A DNA stretch of 64,000 nt from contig NC_045696.1 in assembly GCF_009834535.1 (NCBI RefSeq), forward strand, positions 41,294,001-41,358,000. The letters are read 5' to 3'. The translations under genes and the position numbers were made by a program. Below, piece after piece: positions 49,287 through 63,270 of this stretch. The notes under the pieces are model-generated. The model saw only the letters and a program-made list of their open reading frames with translations, searched no databases and had not been told where the DNA came from. Each line of letters begins with the position of its first letter. Within the stretch, counting starts at the first letter, position 1. This stretch comes from Camelus ferus (taxonomy: Eukaryota).

Positions 49287-52200
49287 CCCAGTAATTTCCT
49301 ACTTAGCAACCTAGCCTATGGGGTTAATCAAAGATACAGTCATCATTTGTGTGTAAATGTGTTTATTACCACCATGTAAAACAACCTCATCCGCCAAAAG
49401 CAGAGGTTTTGCTATATAAATTATGGTTCAAATTTTTGACCTCTATATAGTAAGGTGGGAAAATATGCATAAGATAAATAGAAAGGGTACAAATTTATAT
49501 TTATAGTATAATCTAAGTGTGTAACAAATATGTAGAGACAAAAGACCAGAAGGAAATAGATTATAGTTTGGTTTTTTTTTAACAGTAGCTATTTCTTATA
49601 AGCTGATGTTAATTTCATTTTCTGTACTTTCCAAATTCCTCACAAGGGCAAATTACATTTATAATTAGGGAAAGCTATTTTAATCAGCAGTCTGTTTAGC
49701 TACTATATATGCTTCTGTACTGCACAGCTCACACACTATTGGGAAATAGAAGAATTATAATGTATACACAATTTTTTCCCAGGCAAGGGGTGGGGGGAAT
49801 AGTAAGTATAGAAGTATAACCTTTAGCAGGAAAGAAAAAAAAGGGTTCAGCTTTGATGTCACACTGGCAGAGGACCTCTTGGCTTTACCATAAGAAAATT
49901 AAGTAAGAGCACTTGCTTACAGGACCCTTTCCCAGAGAGGGACAGTCAGGCCCATGGCACTGTCTCCTGTGTCTACCTTACTCCCAGTGAAAGGATTACC
50001 ACACATGGTCGCTATCTTTTCTGAGAATTTAAAATCCCTGTTGAGGCAACCTCCAGTTCCACAGGAGATGCTTCCTAGAGGAGCCAGGTTGTCTTTCCAG
50101 GTACGAATAATCATTTTTTGCTAGAGCTGTGGCTACAGTTCCAGAGTTTTGAATGGCTTGTCCTCTATCTGCCCTACGAGTTCGCCATCTAATGCACATT
50201 TTGCAAAACGTGATGTTTTTCAGACACGTTGCATTCTAGTGGAAACACCTATGTGTTGCTGTGTTGAGTTTGAACTGCGTTATCCCAATTCTTACTTCCT
50301 TTGCTGTAATGATTTGTTTTAAACAAGTTTTTGACTGAAACAAATGGAAAATATTTCACTCTTCACGTGAATGGAACAAAGTTTCTGTTTGAGTTCTTGA
50401 GTACAGATCAGTATTCTGTTAAGATGATGACAAGACTATATGTATAGTATGTGCTGCCAAAAATTAAGGACATCATTTAGCTGCAGAATCCAATTCTTTC
50501 TAGACCTGTAATTATTCTCTTGCCTAATCCACAATCCAAAGATGCACCAAGACTGGACTAATGAGCAAGCAGCTGCCACTCTGTAAGGAATTTTTTACAG
50601 GACATCAGGAAAGTCCTTCTGCCCAAAGTGTCTATGCTGAAGTCTCTAAAATTCCCACTAAGAAACCCACACTGAATTCTTTCCCTGAGTCCTCTTACAA
50701 AAAGGGTAGGGAAATGTCTTTTACCTGAACTCTCAGAGAAATAAAATATTGTGATAATTTCTAAGTGAACACGTTTAATCAATTACAACTCAATTTCAGT
50801 TAAGCTGTTTAATGTACAGTGTTTTTTTTTAAAGAAGTTACCAGTAACTTTTCTTTGCCGTCCTGGGCTTGCTGTTACGAGCATCTGTCAACATGCAGAG
50901 GAGTCTCCGAGTAGCTGGTGTGGGGCACGGGGGTGGGATGTGAGGCAAAGTCCCACAACCCACAGGCTGCTGCACAGTTTGGCTGGGGCGGCCCCAGCAC
51001 AGCACTGCTGCCCGTGGACACCACCCTCAGACCATGTTTTCTTTCTCAGGTCATTTCCTTACTGGCTCTTTTCTCTGCAGCTGGCTGACCCATTCCTGCT
51101 GCTAAACAGCCATCACCACTTCCTTCCTCAACTCTCATCTCTCCCTTCAGCAATTATTTTTTAAATGTTGACTATATGTTAGGAAACAAGCCTACTTCCC
51201 TCCTAGCCTGTAAGAGATGGTTTTTTTCTCCCCCCTAAGTTTCAAGATATTCTGTCCCTTAAGAACCCAGGTTGTGCTGCATCTCAAGCAGGGTGACTGA
51301 TTAAGGGGATTCACTTTTACCCTCTTTCTGGGGATGTTGAGGCTAAGTATCCACTTGGTGAGATACAACGCGGGGAGGATGCTGAAGTGGTAAAAGGAAA
51401 TGCCGCTGATGATCAATTCAGCTTGCTTTTCAGTCCTGGCTAGGGAAAGCCTACGCTCATCTAGAAATAACCACAGCAGCCGTGAGCACACAGTATGAGG
51501 GATTTTTGATTCACCCTGTGTTACACTAACTTCCTCCTGATGTTATTTTTCAAATCAGCTTTCACAAAAGCAATGATAACACCAGGATGCTACTCTTTGC
51601 AGGTTATTCTTTACAGGTTTACCCGCTTGGTATTTTTGTGGCATCAGTATATCCATTGTAGATTAAACTTTATTTTCAGGCCTGGAGATAAAGAACTGTC
51701 TTTTGGGGAGTGGCTAAGGGTTGCTCAAAATCAAATTTCGATGACTCAAGGGCTAAATCACATGAGAAAAACTTGGGAATGTCACATTCTGGTTTTAATT
51801 CATTTTTAGGGTGTTCTAACGAAAGTTACGAAATACACTGATTCAATCTAACATCTGACTAAAAGTGAATCTAACATCCTACTTGCAAAAGTCTCATGTT
51901 TCTGGTCAGCTAGGGAGAAATCAGACATACGTCTTTGGTGATGTTGTTAGTCTAGATGTAAAATTCTCAAGTTTCTGTTTAGGACACTCACTGCTAAGGG
52001 TGGGAAACCTGATGTATTCAGTGCACACAATCTTAGAGTGGGAGTAGGGACCAGACCGTATTTCTCTCTATTCACTTATCTGCTAACTGTAATACTTTAA
52101 AATTTGATACCACTTCTCTTTTTGCAAATGATAGACACAGCTTCTGAGAAAGGCAGGTGGATCTCTGATGGGAAAAATGGAAGGGTGAAAATAGATGTCA

Positions 52201-53739
52201 TATATGAGGGGAACATTGATTGTAAGGAGACTTGAGTTAATTAGATCATTATTAAGCCAATATTTTAAAATATCTGTTAATAAATGCTATGTACTTCAAA
52301 AATTTATTGTTAGTGATCTAGTTAGATAACTCAGTTTTTTTGCATACGGAGATATATATATATATTAAAATTAGGTCCTCTTAGTCATTATCCCTTTTTA
52401 AATTTTAAGTAATAATAAAACCTAATCGTAAATGTTATGTTTCATCTTGATAAAAGAGTGCTCTTGATTCTCAACATGAAGAAAATAGCACAATTATCAT
52501 GTGTTTTTTTCCCCTCAATTACATGGATCTCAAGTGATACAATTTGTATAGAAACAATCATGGTTTTGTTTATGCACACCTGATTTTTTCTAGAGGTATA
52601 GGCAGGGGTGATATTGAAAGTATTTAACAAGCAGTAGAACAAAGGCACTAACCAATCAGAAGAGATCCCTGCTAAGTGTCCTTTGGCACAAGTGTACTGG
52701 GACTGGCCCACAGAACGCATGCTTAGAAACAAGAATTACAATACGTAATACAACCAGAGGCTTAAGATGGGGCTGTACTTAACATTCACATTTTTAATCT
52801 AAATATTATTTATGTGTTAAAAATGAATAGCCTGTTTACCCTATTTTGAATCTCTCTTTAGAAGGTGTTAAGGAGTTTCACTGCATGTAAGTTTGAGGTG
52901 TGAGCACGTGCATATGAATAAAAACATTTTTCAAGGTGTCTATTACTTAAAACTCTGGAATTAATTTCCTATCTCTTGAGATACTCCCTTCTAAGGTCAG
53001 TCTCAGAGAATGGGGTAAACATTTGGATTGATATCGACTTTATTTGGATTAAAATATACTTCTAATCAAATCAACTTTCAGAATCAATTCTAAGTGGTCG
53101 TGTAAGATGGTCAAAGACTCTGACAAGTGGTTCCCTTTTCAACTTCCCATGTTCCAGAGTTACCCAAGAGCACAGAAGGCAGTTTGGGAGACATGTTTCC
53201 TGCTGTCCAGAAGGTAAAAAGAAAGCCTCACAGAGAAACCTTAAAATATCTTTTCAATTAACTTGGGTTTTCCTTTGGAAATAACCAAGAGTTTCAAACC
53301 ACAGGTCATTAGAGCTGGCTGGAGTCGGGGGTACTCCGCCTCACAGCTTGAAGTGATAAAATGTCTGGCTCTGTGTCATCGATGCAGGAAGTTTCTTCCT
53401 GGACCTTCTTGTCATGGCTATTTACGATGTGGAAAGGGTATTAAATTTCTTGGGAGTAAAACGTCAATCATCTTTCCCAATCCTGCTGAGTAACTCATCC
53501 TAAATGAAATATTCTGCCAAAAGAAATACCCATATTGGGATATGACTGCTGAAAAGACGGAATGAAAGAAATGACATCACTGAGTCACATGTAAGACAAA
53601 GCATGAGAGCCAAGAGGGTGGGAGATAAGATATGCTTCCTAGGAAACCATTCACAACAACAGTGAGGATTGTTCTAGAAGAGACTGGAAGAACAACTCTA
53701 TTCCCTGTGATTGGATTTAAGAGAGACAAAGCCAAAAGG

Positions 53740-54900
53740 ACCTTAGAGAATGGCACAACTGAATACTTGGTGCTAAGCCAACTGGTTCATTATTTGGAAA
53801 AAATATATAACCTCGTCAATATAGAACCTTACTAAGTGTAATACAGCAAAATAAAATCCACATAGTTTAGAGTTTGTTACAAAATCAAACCACATTATAA
53901 AACTAAAAAAAAAAATGGGGAAATATTTATCTGATCTCTGGATAGGGAAGGGCTTTCTCAAATATAAGGCAACTGAAGATATGCCAACAGAAAAGACAAG
54001 TAATTTGATTATGCAAAGTAAGACTTGCCTATTTCAAAAATTCCCATAAACAAAATTGATAACAAATGTGAGAATAATGTTTCTAGATGAGATCACAAAA
54101 AGAGTCTATGTTCTTTCTAAAGTCTTCTAACTATTCAATCAAAAAAAAAACAAAAACATAAGACACCCAATAAACAAAGAACTGAAACTAAAGTCATTAA
54201 ATGGAAAATGCAGATGGCTAATAAATAAGTAAAGTGCTGCTTTGTCAGCAATCAGAAACAGAACTTAAAAACCATTTTACACGATTCCATTAGCCGAAAA
54301 TTTAGTGATGGAAACACGTAATGCTGTAATTAGGGTACTAGAGCAAGATAACTCTGATACACTGCTGGCAAGACTGTAAATTGATAAAAACCTTTTTGGA
54401 AAGCAATTTGACCAAACATATTAGGAAGTTTAAAAAATGTTAAAAATCTAAACTGCTACCATTACTAACTGATGACATTCTAAGTATCTATTTTAAGGAA
54501 ACAATCAGAAATGTGAACAGAAATTTATGATCATAAATGTTCACCATAACATCACTTACAATTGAACTATTAGAAATAAACATCTACAAATTGGAAACCG
54601 AGCAGCTCAAAGTGTATTTAGATTATGTAATACATAGCACTTGAAATTATGTATATGAAGAGCATTTAATAACATGACACATGCTATGCCATATTTTGGC
54701 TAAGTGAAAGCAGTGAGATAAAATTGCATACACACACACACACACATACACACATATATATATATATGCCATAGCATGAGATTCTAATTTTATAATGAAA
54801 ACATGCTTGGGAAAAAAAAAGCCAATGTTCTAAAGTTTTAACAATAGACCATAAATGGTTTTATACAGGTCTTTGGCAGTGTTATAGGTAATTTTGTTAC
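53740..54900 (+). mobile_element. Ancient L1 (L1ME/MC-like) ORF2-3' remnant
   Basis: Degenerate motifs tgctaagccaactgg, gatagggaagggctttct, acactgctggcaagactgtaaattg, tttttggaaagcaatttg. Confidence 0.6.
54727..54767. repeat. (CA)n(TA)n microsatellite
   Basis: Seen directly. Confidence 0.9.
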
Positions 54901-56211
54901 TATTTCTTTTTGCATTTTATATATTATAAAGCTTCAAATATCAGATAATTAGGAAAATAATCAAACAGAGAGGGAAAGAGAGGAAGGAAGGAAGAAAAAT
55001 GAATGAATTGGTCCAGGCCTGGGAATTTATCTACTAATCTCCTTCCTTATGTTATGATTTGAAATATGTCAAAATACTTTCCTGGGCAATCCTAATAATC
55101 TAATAATCATGATTTGTTAATAATTTTCCAACGTACACACTTTTCTGCCAAGTCAAACCCAAGAAACACTTACCATATCAGGAATAATTCTCAGCTCTAT
55201 TTTATCCAAACCCATTTTCTCTCACTGAGAAAATTTTGCATTTTTTAAGATTCAATGAGGTATGTACTAACTTTTTCCACGACTGGGCTACATGAGCAGT
55301 GGGTTATTCTGTGTACTATTTAATTAGACATAAAAAGCTATCCATCCACATACATCACATACACATTGAATAGAGCAAATCTGCAACCATGAGTAGAGTC
55401 TTTGCCTGTTCATGTGCCTGTTCCCTGGCCAGGTACTCCCAATTCGCAGGGACCAAAGACAGCATCAAATTCCCATTTTCTCACCAAAGTGCCTCCTCTA
55501 CCCGCTCAGTGACATAATATCCTTCACTTTATAATTAGGCATGTGATTTAAAAGGCAAACATATCTGTGATGATTATGACAATGGCTTACTTTTGTAACA
55601 GGCAGTATGTAACTGATACGATGTGTCCTGAGAATAGGCTGTGAAAAGCGGAGGGAAAGAGGAGAACAGGGGCTGAGTTTCTGGGGTGAGAGAGAAGAGG
55701 GTTCTAGACAGAGGAAAGGGTTCTAGACTGGCATGTGAAATACACAAACCTTTACTGCACCGAATAGAGACTGGGCACATTACAAAACCAAATGAGCTGC
55801 TTGTAAGTAGGAAATGATAGAAAATAGAGGAAAGATTTGAACAATCACAGTTTAAGGAGAGCATGTACTAGTTCGCTCTCGAAACATGTTATAGTAAAAA
55901 AACATCCCACAGGACAGGAGATAATAAGCATAACCTCAAAATACCTGGAATCCCGAAAAACCGGACAGCTAGACTGAACATCAGAATTTTAGAGCTTTGA
56001 ACAAATTAGAGATGATCTGGTCTCATACTTCCACCTCTATTTTCTGAAAAAGAAACTAATTCCTGAAACAGTGTACTTGACCCAGCACCCTACAGCTAGG
56101 CAGTTAACTCAGTTTCAATACATCATCATAGGACTATTTCCTTATTCAAATAAAAAGTATAATGCAGACACAACTTTTTTTAAATGTTCTTGAAAGTAAG
56201 CCGGTACATAC

Positions 56212-56267
56212 CACAGTGTGGACCTGGTCGTAGGTGCTCTGGATTTTCCCATTTACTTTGCTTTTAC
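56212..56267 (-). CDS. ABI3BP: ABI3BP exon: SKSKVNGKIQSTYDQVHTV
   Basis: 56 nt; acceptor tttttgtcag, donor gtatgt; phase 1 to 0. Confidence 0.93.
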
Positions 56268-56816
56268 CTGACAAAAACAAGAGGAGAATGACATGCTTTT
56301 CATTCTTCTTATTCCTAAATCAGGCCTTCCTAATCGTTCTGAAGACAACTAGGACTCCTGCTCTAACTCGAGCCTAGTATTTTATTTGCTGTCATTTCAA
56401 ACACTGATCCCAGTGATCGGAAGAAGACACACAGGATGAAAGCCGGGCCCCCAAGCTCTGCGCGTTCATTTCCACTGGCCCAGCTTTCTAACTGGACATT
56501 TGCACACAGGAGGGTTTTTTGGCTCAGTTGGTGTTCACAGGTCCGAGACTGATTTAAAATATGACAATGCCAATAAACTGTTCAATGATTTGTTCTTGTC
56601 AAATACTAGCTTATCATTTATTCTTTTTTTAAAAACCCGCTCACTATAAAAAAAGATTCTGAAATACCAATGTTCCAATTCTGTTCATTGTATTTTCTCA
56701 AATATACCTGATGGGAATTGACTCATATCATAGTATACAGCTAATGAAATAATTTAAAATTTGGAAATTAGGGGGAAAATTACAGAAAGCTCACTCAAAT
56801 AGTTCCAGATACTTAC

Positions 56817-56998
56817 TTCCAACAATAGTCTTGTGATTAAAAATCTTACTCCAAATTCCACCTTCTACATTGTCTTTCACTCCAAATTCATAAACCGTGT
56901 CAGGCTTTAGATTTTCCACGATTGTTTCAGTGGCTGGACAGAGTTGAAAAATCCATTTCTTTTCCTTATCCTTTTCTCTATAGCGGATTGTATAAAAT
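56817..56998 (-). CDS. ABI3BP: ABI3BP exon, FN3 domain (about exon 5): (R)FYTIRYREKDKEKKWIFQLCPATETIVENLKPDTVYEFGVKDNVEGGIWSKIFNHKTIVG
   Basis: 182 nt; acceptor ttcaacag, donor gtaagt; phase 2 to 1; inside supplied ORF 56791..57033. Confidence 0.97.
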
Positions 56999-57639
56999 CT
57001 GTTGAATAACCAAAATATGCTATGAAACCACAAGGAGATTCAGAATCTACTTCAAATTTCTTCACACATCACAGACTCCCATCTACTCTGAAGATTTAAT
57101 ATTGGCTTCTGTTTAGATTTTTTAAAATTTGCAAAGAACATGAAAAAATTGCTCAGTGTGTGCTTAAGTTTTTAATTTCTCACAGCAAGTTAGGGGACCG
57201 GGTACAGCATAGTCACAGTCGGACAAAACTCCAGATCTCTCAGTTCTATTATTTGCTACTTTGCAAAATGAAGGTTGGAAAACAGTAGATGTTTGGTTTT
57301 TTTTCTGTTATGCATAGAGAAGAACACAGGCATATTTTTATAACTAGTTAACATTATAGTTTCATGAGTGTATGAGTTTTAAGCCTTTTTACTCCATGGA
57401 AGGTGAGTTAGAGGTATTTGTAAAAGGAGAAGCATAGACTCTAAGACACATCCAGGACAGCATTTCAAGGGTGACATTTCCTTATTATTAAAAAAAGGAT
57501 CAAGACCAATAGCCAAGCTAAGGGTACAAAGAGAAAAATCAAATAATGTAAACTCAAGATCACTGCTACACATGTGCTTAGGGCTTTATAACATTCAGAA
57601 GTACACACGGCAAAGTAATGATAATCCTCACCACTACTT

Positions 57640-57860
57640 TTTTGCACCTTTATCACATGGTAGGTCTTCAATATATTTTCTCATTTACTTGCCACAAAAA
57701 CACCTTGACTAGTAAAAATTGTGTGTCCCAATTTACAAATGTGAAAACAAGAGTATCAGAAACATCACTTAGCTTGCCCAGCGTCACCCAGCTGGTGATT
57801 TTACCAACAGCAGCAGCAGAACCAGAATAGAAGATGACTCCTCTGGCTCTGTTCTAAACA
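57640..57860 (-). mobile_element. MIR SINE fragment
   Basis: cccaatttacaaatgtgaaaac...cttgcccagcgtcacccagctggt. Confidence 0.55.
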
Positions 57861-58218
57861 GCCCACTGATGGGGCAGCAAGTCAGGAAAGGGGGTTGCAT
57901 TGCTACTGTACAGGGTAATGAGAATGATTAAACTAGAGCTACATGTAGCAATATGGATAGATTTCACAAGCAAAATTTTGAAGGAAAATAGCAAATGACA
58001 AAAGGATACATGTAGTTTCATACCATTTACACAAATATTAAAACACTGAGACCAAGTACGTTACCATGGATTATTCCTAGCAGTGGAAAGCGATGACAAA
58101 CACAGTCATGGTTTGGCTCCCTATGGGCAAGTAGGAAGCTGAATGAGACTAGAGGTGGGGCCAATAGATAAACCTGATCTGTTTTTTTATTCTTAAACAA
58201 ACATTTTAAGTAAACAGA

Positions 58219-58270
58219 GGGGAGAGGCTATAGCTCAGTTGTAGAGGGAATGCTTAGCATGCATATAAAC
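58219..58270 (+). mobile_element. 3'-truncated (tailless) tRNA-derived SINE head with 12-bp TSD
   Basis: ggggagaggctatagctcagttgtagagggaatgcttagcatgcat flanked by taagtaaacaga at 58207-58218 and 58271-58282. Confidence 0.75.
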
Positions 58271-58552
58271 TAAGTAAACAGAAGAAAATAGCTGTCACGT
58301 ATCATGATAGAAACATATGTGTTTGTTATACTATTTTAGATTCTTTTGTACGTTTTAAATTTTCTCTCAAAAATTTAGTACCTCTCCCTGACTCCTCAAC
58401 CCAGCAAAATTAAATGGATTAAGATTCATGTCAATTACTTTTATTTAAAGACTTAAAAGTCTTGTTTACTCATGCTAAAAACATTTATTGTGTCCTAAGT
58501 GTCAGGCACAAGTTCTAGATACAAAAAAAATTATCAAAAATCTGTGGAAACA

Positions 58553-58735
58553 AGGGCCAGGACTGGCCACATAATTTGTGGGGGTCATTGCAAGATGAAA
58601 AACATGGGGTCCCTTATTCAAAAGGGATGAAGACTTTTAAGACAGTGACAATAGAGCATTAAAGCAAGCATGGGCCCTTTTAAGTGGTGAAACCTATGAA
58701 ACTGTATGGGTTGCACGCCCGTGAGGTCAGCAAGG
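58553..58735 (+). mobile_element. MER45-like hAT-Tip100 element
   Basis: agggccagg...cataatttgtgggggtcattgcaagatgaaaa...ggtcccttattcaaaa...ggttgcacgcccgtgagg. Confidence 0.6.
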
Positions 58736-61700
58736 GGACTACAGTTGCATTAAGTGCAGAGAAGAGATGCATTTGTATTTTCAGCCCACTATCTTACTGG
58801 TCACAAACCACTGAAATGCTTGAAATCATTCATCAGCTTGCTTCTCTCTAGTAAGAGCAGCTCTCTGGGCTCCAATCCCCCATTCCCAAGTCACAAACAT
58901 CAGAACGAGGGAAGGAGGCTGTTCCAACCAAAACACTAACTGCTACTGGGAACAAATGTTATACAATACTAATCCTGTGTGCTGTGAGTTAAAACACCAA
59001 CAGTGACTTCTGAAACACATTTGATGACAAGTACGTCACATGGAATTTCTGTTGTTGTTTTTTCCCTGCCCTGGTTATTACAGGACTTGAGGGAGGTTCA
59101 GAGAAGCTGAAATCCAACCAGATGGGCTCCACCACTAAACTTCTCTAGTCTGGATATATTTCTGATGTCCTGAATTGCTTGCATGAGCCAGGTTGGGGTA
59201 GGGGGCATTGCTAACAGAATTACCAAAGGTCAGATTCCAGAATTCCTGGTAAGTTTGATTTTCTATCATCTTCCTAGGATTAAAATGAGACAGAAATGTT
59301 CTAAGAACGTGTTAAAAAAAAATCCAGCCTGTAAATTTTTAAAATTTTGATCACAGAGCTTTCTAAATACCCTCTCTTGTACCAAGTTTGTCAGGAAAAA
59401 TAAATATAAAAGCAGCCAAACCTTCTCTTCTGTTTCAGTTAGTTTCCCCTCATCAACACTGGCTTAATTGGTAATGGTATAAAATAGGCAAGTTCTAGAT
59501 TTTAAAAGAGATGGTAAACAAGACTACCCAACTCTTCAGTGGTGAAATAAATTTTCTTGATTTTAAGGCAAAATATAGGTCTTATAATAAACAATGCTAT
59601 ACAACCTAGCACAGAGTAGGTACTCCATAAATACTGTGGAATGAAGAGACCAGATATTTAGGTGCTCATAGGATCGTTCTAAAATTAGAATATAATTGCT
59701 CTAAATGGCCAAAAAACTCCATCACCAAAAAATACTCATTTAAGCCAGTAGGTCTACAATTATATTTTGCAATATGGCATTGCATGAGATTTCACTTACC
59801 AGGATTCAGCATTCTTATACAATCAATGCAAATGGAAGGAAAGTACAATATATGCCTATATTGCACATTTGCAGAGGGCTTAAGATTTTTTAATTTATTT
59901 CCATTTATCCATGTAATGAAGTCTACGATGAGCAGAGCAAGAATTATTATAGAAGAAAAAGATAGGCCAGGAAGTATCTAAAGTCTGGTCATCAGTGACA
60001 GAGCCAACCAAATGACTGTTTTTTGACTCCTAAGCTAGTATCTCTTGTATTGCATTGGACTATTTTTCTACTGCGGTGCTAGGCAAAAGGAGATGGGAAA
60101 AAGACAGGTAAAAACAACCCAGGATGGAAGCAAAGTAAAAGGAATCAGAAGTCCTTTTAACATTAGTCAAGGCTTTTTATTTTTTGTCTTATTGTGTATT
60201 TATTTATCATGCCGTATAACCACAGACTTCCCATTACTGTCTGAGGACATTCAGGATTGAATGTTGATTGTACTTTTTTCTGTGGTTAATTAAATTTGGG
60301 CACATGTGCATGGAGAGGCAACGAGTCTATTAAAGACAGAAGTAGCAGCCAGTGTGTGTCATTAGAGCAGACCTCCGGAAAGCCTGCCTAGCAATTTGGA
60401 TTTTAGAAACAAGAGCATCTCATATCCTAATTAAGTGGTAAAGAACTGCTGAGGTTAGTGCTTGGTTCAACTGATAGTAGTCTGTGCTCAGATCTCCCCA
60501 ATAGTTTCAAAATTAACAATAATTGTTGTAACTTAAAAATCCATGGTTTCTCATGGTAATAGAGAAGGCAGAGAATGGCTTGACTTGGATATTTGCCAGC
60601 TGCAAGCTAGTAGCACAACCTCCATGAAGTCTCTCCACCCACTTATGCATCAGTTTTCTACTCTGAAAAACAGGGGGGTGGATTAGACAATCTTTGAATC
60701 TTTTGCTTCTAAAATTTTATTCTAGCTACATATGAGGCATTCTATTCTAATAAAACACAGAGGCAGAACACAGGCTAGAAACCCCATAAATAAAATATAT
60801 GATGTAACTGGCACTGAATTATACCAAGTGGAGACAGTGAATAATGTCAAAAGAAATTGAGTCTTTCACAAACTAGCCTGGATAGATGCACACAGTTGGC
60901 CATCTTTGGGACTTTGTCTAGTTTTTTCAGTATTTTTTTTATTTCTATGTGATTAATTACTATATTTCCTAAAACAGATTCCACACACACATTTTTCTGC
61001 TCTCTTCATGTCAAAGGACACTTCCTGCTGCCCCTGTTGTCCGTATCCTCGCTTCTTGCCTTACTGAGACTGTGACTGCTGACAAGTTCAATCCCCACTT
61101 CCTTCCTCTCAAAGACTCTCTCTCCCCCTTCACTCTCCCCATGCGCCTCTCCGATTCCAGGGTTCTTCCTTCTTCTAAAAAATAAGTGTCTTGGTAATTT
61201 TATTCCATTTTCTTATTCCATCCACTCTTGCATCCTTTCTCTCAATTCTTCGACAAGTCTTCTCTGACTCAAAATGCTGTTTAAATGTTTTCCATTATAT
61301 CAAAGCAAAAATAAAATTAATACTTCTTATCCCTGCCTTTATCTTTTAAAACACAATTTCTCAAAAGTCATCTCCTTTCTTCCCTTTTCTTCCCACCCAT
61401 AATGCCTATATTTCTTTGCAGTCTAGTGTCTGACCTGTTAGTAGAGGAAAACCTCATGATCAAATCCAGTGATTTAATCATCCAAGAATTTCATAACTAC
61501 CTTAAAATCGACCCATCTTTCCCAAATCTCTTCCTATTCCTGTTGATGTCACGTTCCTCCTCCCCCGGTCCAATCAGTTTGCAAGTGCAGTCCCACTTCC
61601 CTGGATGAAACCCCCGTGCTCAGCCGTCCTCCACTCCGAAGCAGCACTCAAGGGCCCAGTTCAGGTCTGTACTATCTCTGGACTCTTGTAATAACTTTCA

Positions 61701-61884
61701 CACCAGTAAAACCATTTCCCCAAATCTCTATCACCCACTGCTGGCTGGTTTAAGCTCAACAAAAGAAAGAAGTTTCTAGAGATTTTAACGCTATCTAAAA
61801 CGGAATCGCTCGTCTGAAGTGGCAATTATCACAGAAGGTAACTAATATCAAAACCATCAAGAAGTCTAGCAGCAAATGGCCCCA

Positions 61885-62100
61885 CTTCCAGAGTGTTCAC
61901 TGCATGCCAGACGCTATATTAGCATAGCTTCATTTTACATGTGTCATCTCATTTAATTCTGACACCCCTATGAAACACTACTATTATTATCCTCATTTTA
62001 CAGATGAGAAAACCAAGGCTTAAAGCATTTCAGTCACCTGTCCAAGGACACTCGGCTAATAGAGTAGAAGTTTGAACTTGGGTCAGTCTGACAAGAATTT
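61885..62100 (-). mobile_element. MIR SINE
   Basis: tcatctcatttaattct...tattattatcctcattttacagatgagaaaaccaaggct...tttgaacttgggtcagtctgac. Confidence 0.8.
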
Positions 62101-62239
62101 ACACCCCGAGCATTCATGCTGTGTTACCACCCCTGGAGGTGGTCACTGTGGCCTCCGGACAAGAGATGCTGCAGAGAATGTTCAAGGGTTGAATGGACAG
62201 GCTAGATTTTTTTCAAGGCTCATTCTTGACATTTCACTT

Positions 62240-63090
62240 GCTTGTTCATTTATGCACGTTTAGACCTACTGTTATAACATGTGATGCTAGGTTGTGTGTG
62301 TGATGGAAGACAAGTAAGACACCAGGCATGACTTCAAAAATGAGCTCACAGGATGGGGAGTTGGGGAGGCAGATGCACATGTGAATATGACTAAAGAAGG
62401 CAGGATGAAAAGGAGAGAGTGCCGAGGGTGTCTGGGTTTGGCACCCTGCAGCCCGAACTTGTAAACTAGACAGGCTGCGTTGTAAATCCCATCCCCATGG
62501 GATGACTTAAAGCAGGACTTTCTACCCAGATGCAGGGAAAGAAGAGTAGGCCAGATGTAAACCTCATCTCAGGAGCATGACTCACATATTCCTTGAGATA
62601 GATTCTTGGAGAGACTCTATGATTTCTTTTACCAGGCAGTGGGGAGCTGGTAGAGATTCTTCAACAGGTAAATAAAGTTAAGCAGGGTGAAGGAAGGCTG
62701 ATTTATCAGCAGTGGAAGAATTAGAGGAAAACAGGAGGGAGGAATCTCAATATGCTATAGTCCAGATATAGGATGACAAAGGAGTGAATTACAGAAGAAA
62801 TAGAACGAAGGGGGGAAAAAAATGGAAAAGATCAAAGTTCTATTTCTATGAAACAGTTGACAAGACTCTTTATGCAAGGAAAGTGTAAATAAAAATCAGT
62901 TTTCACACTTAAGAAGAGGGAAGTTAAAGTGATGAAAAAGGAGTTCTGGTAGTAGTACTGAAAACATGCATTTAGCTTGAGTTTGAGGTGCTGAACACTG
63001 TTACCTGGTCATTCTAAAGAAAATATTCCACAGACAACTAAAAATACACTCTCAGAACTTTGGAAACGGGTCAAGGTCAGAGGTTCAGCA
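62240..63090. mobile_element. Degenerate L2 remnants (approximate)
   Basis: Purine-rich degenerate segments such as catgcatttagcttgagtttgaggtgc and tatagtccagatataggatgac resemble L2. Confidence 0.35.
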
Positions 63091-63119
63091 TTGTAAGTTA
63101 TTTCCATCTTCAACACCCC

Positions 63120-63270
63120 TACTATTCCCCATAGAAGAGCAACATCAGACATTCCTGGGAGCTCTTAGAAATGTACAATCTTAGGCTCTTCCTCAGGCCT
63201 AAGAATCAGAACCTGCATTTTAACAGCATCCCCCCAATTTGCAAGCACATCAAAGTCTGAGAATCATTGT
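63120..63270. mobile_element. MER5-family DNA transposon fragment
   Basis: ctgggagctcttagaaatg...aatcagaacctgcattttaacagcatccccc...aaagtctgagaatcattg. Confidence 0.7.

Noticed and set aside
59794..59803. Strong donor-like CTG/gtaagt on the minus strand
   Set aside because: No convincing acceptor or ABI3BP-like peptide upstream; the expected preceding exon (...HCPND) is not in the window
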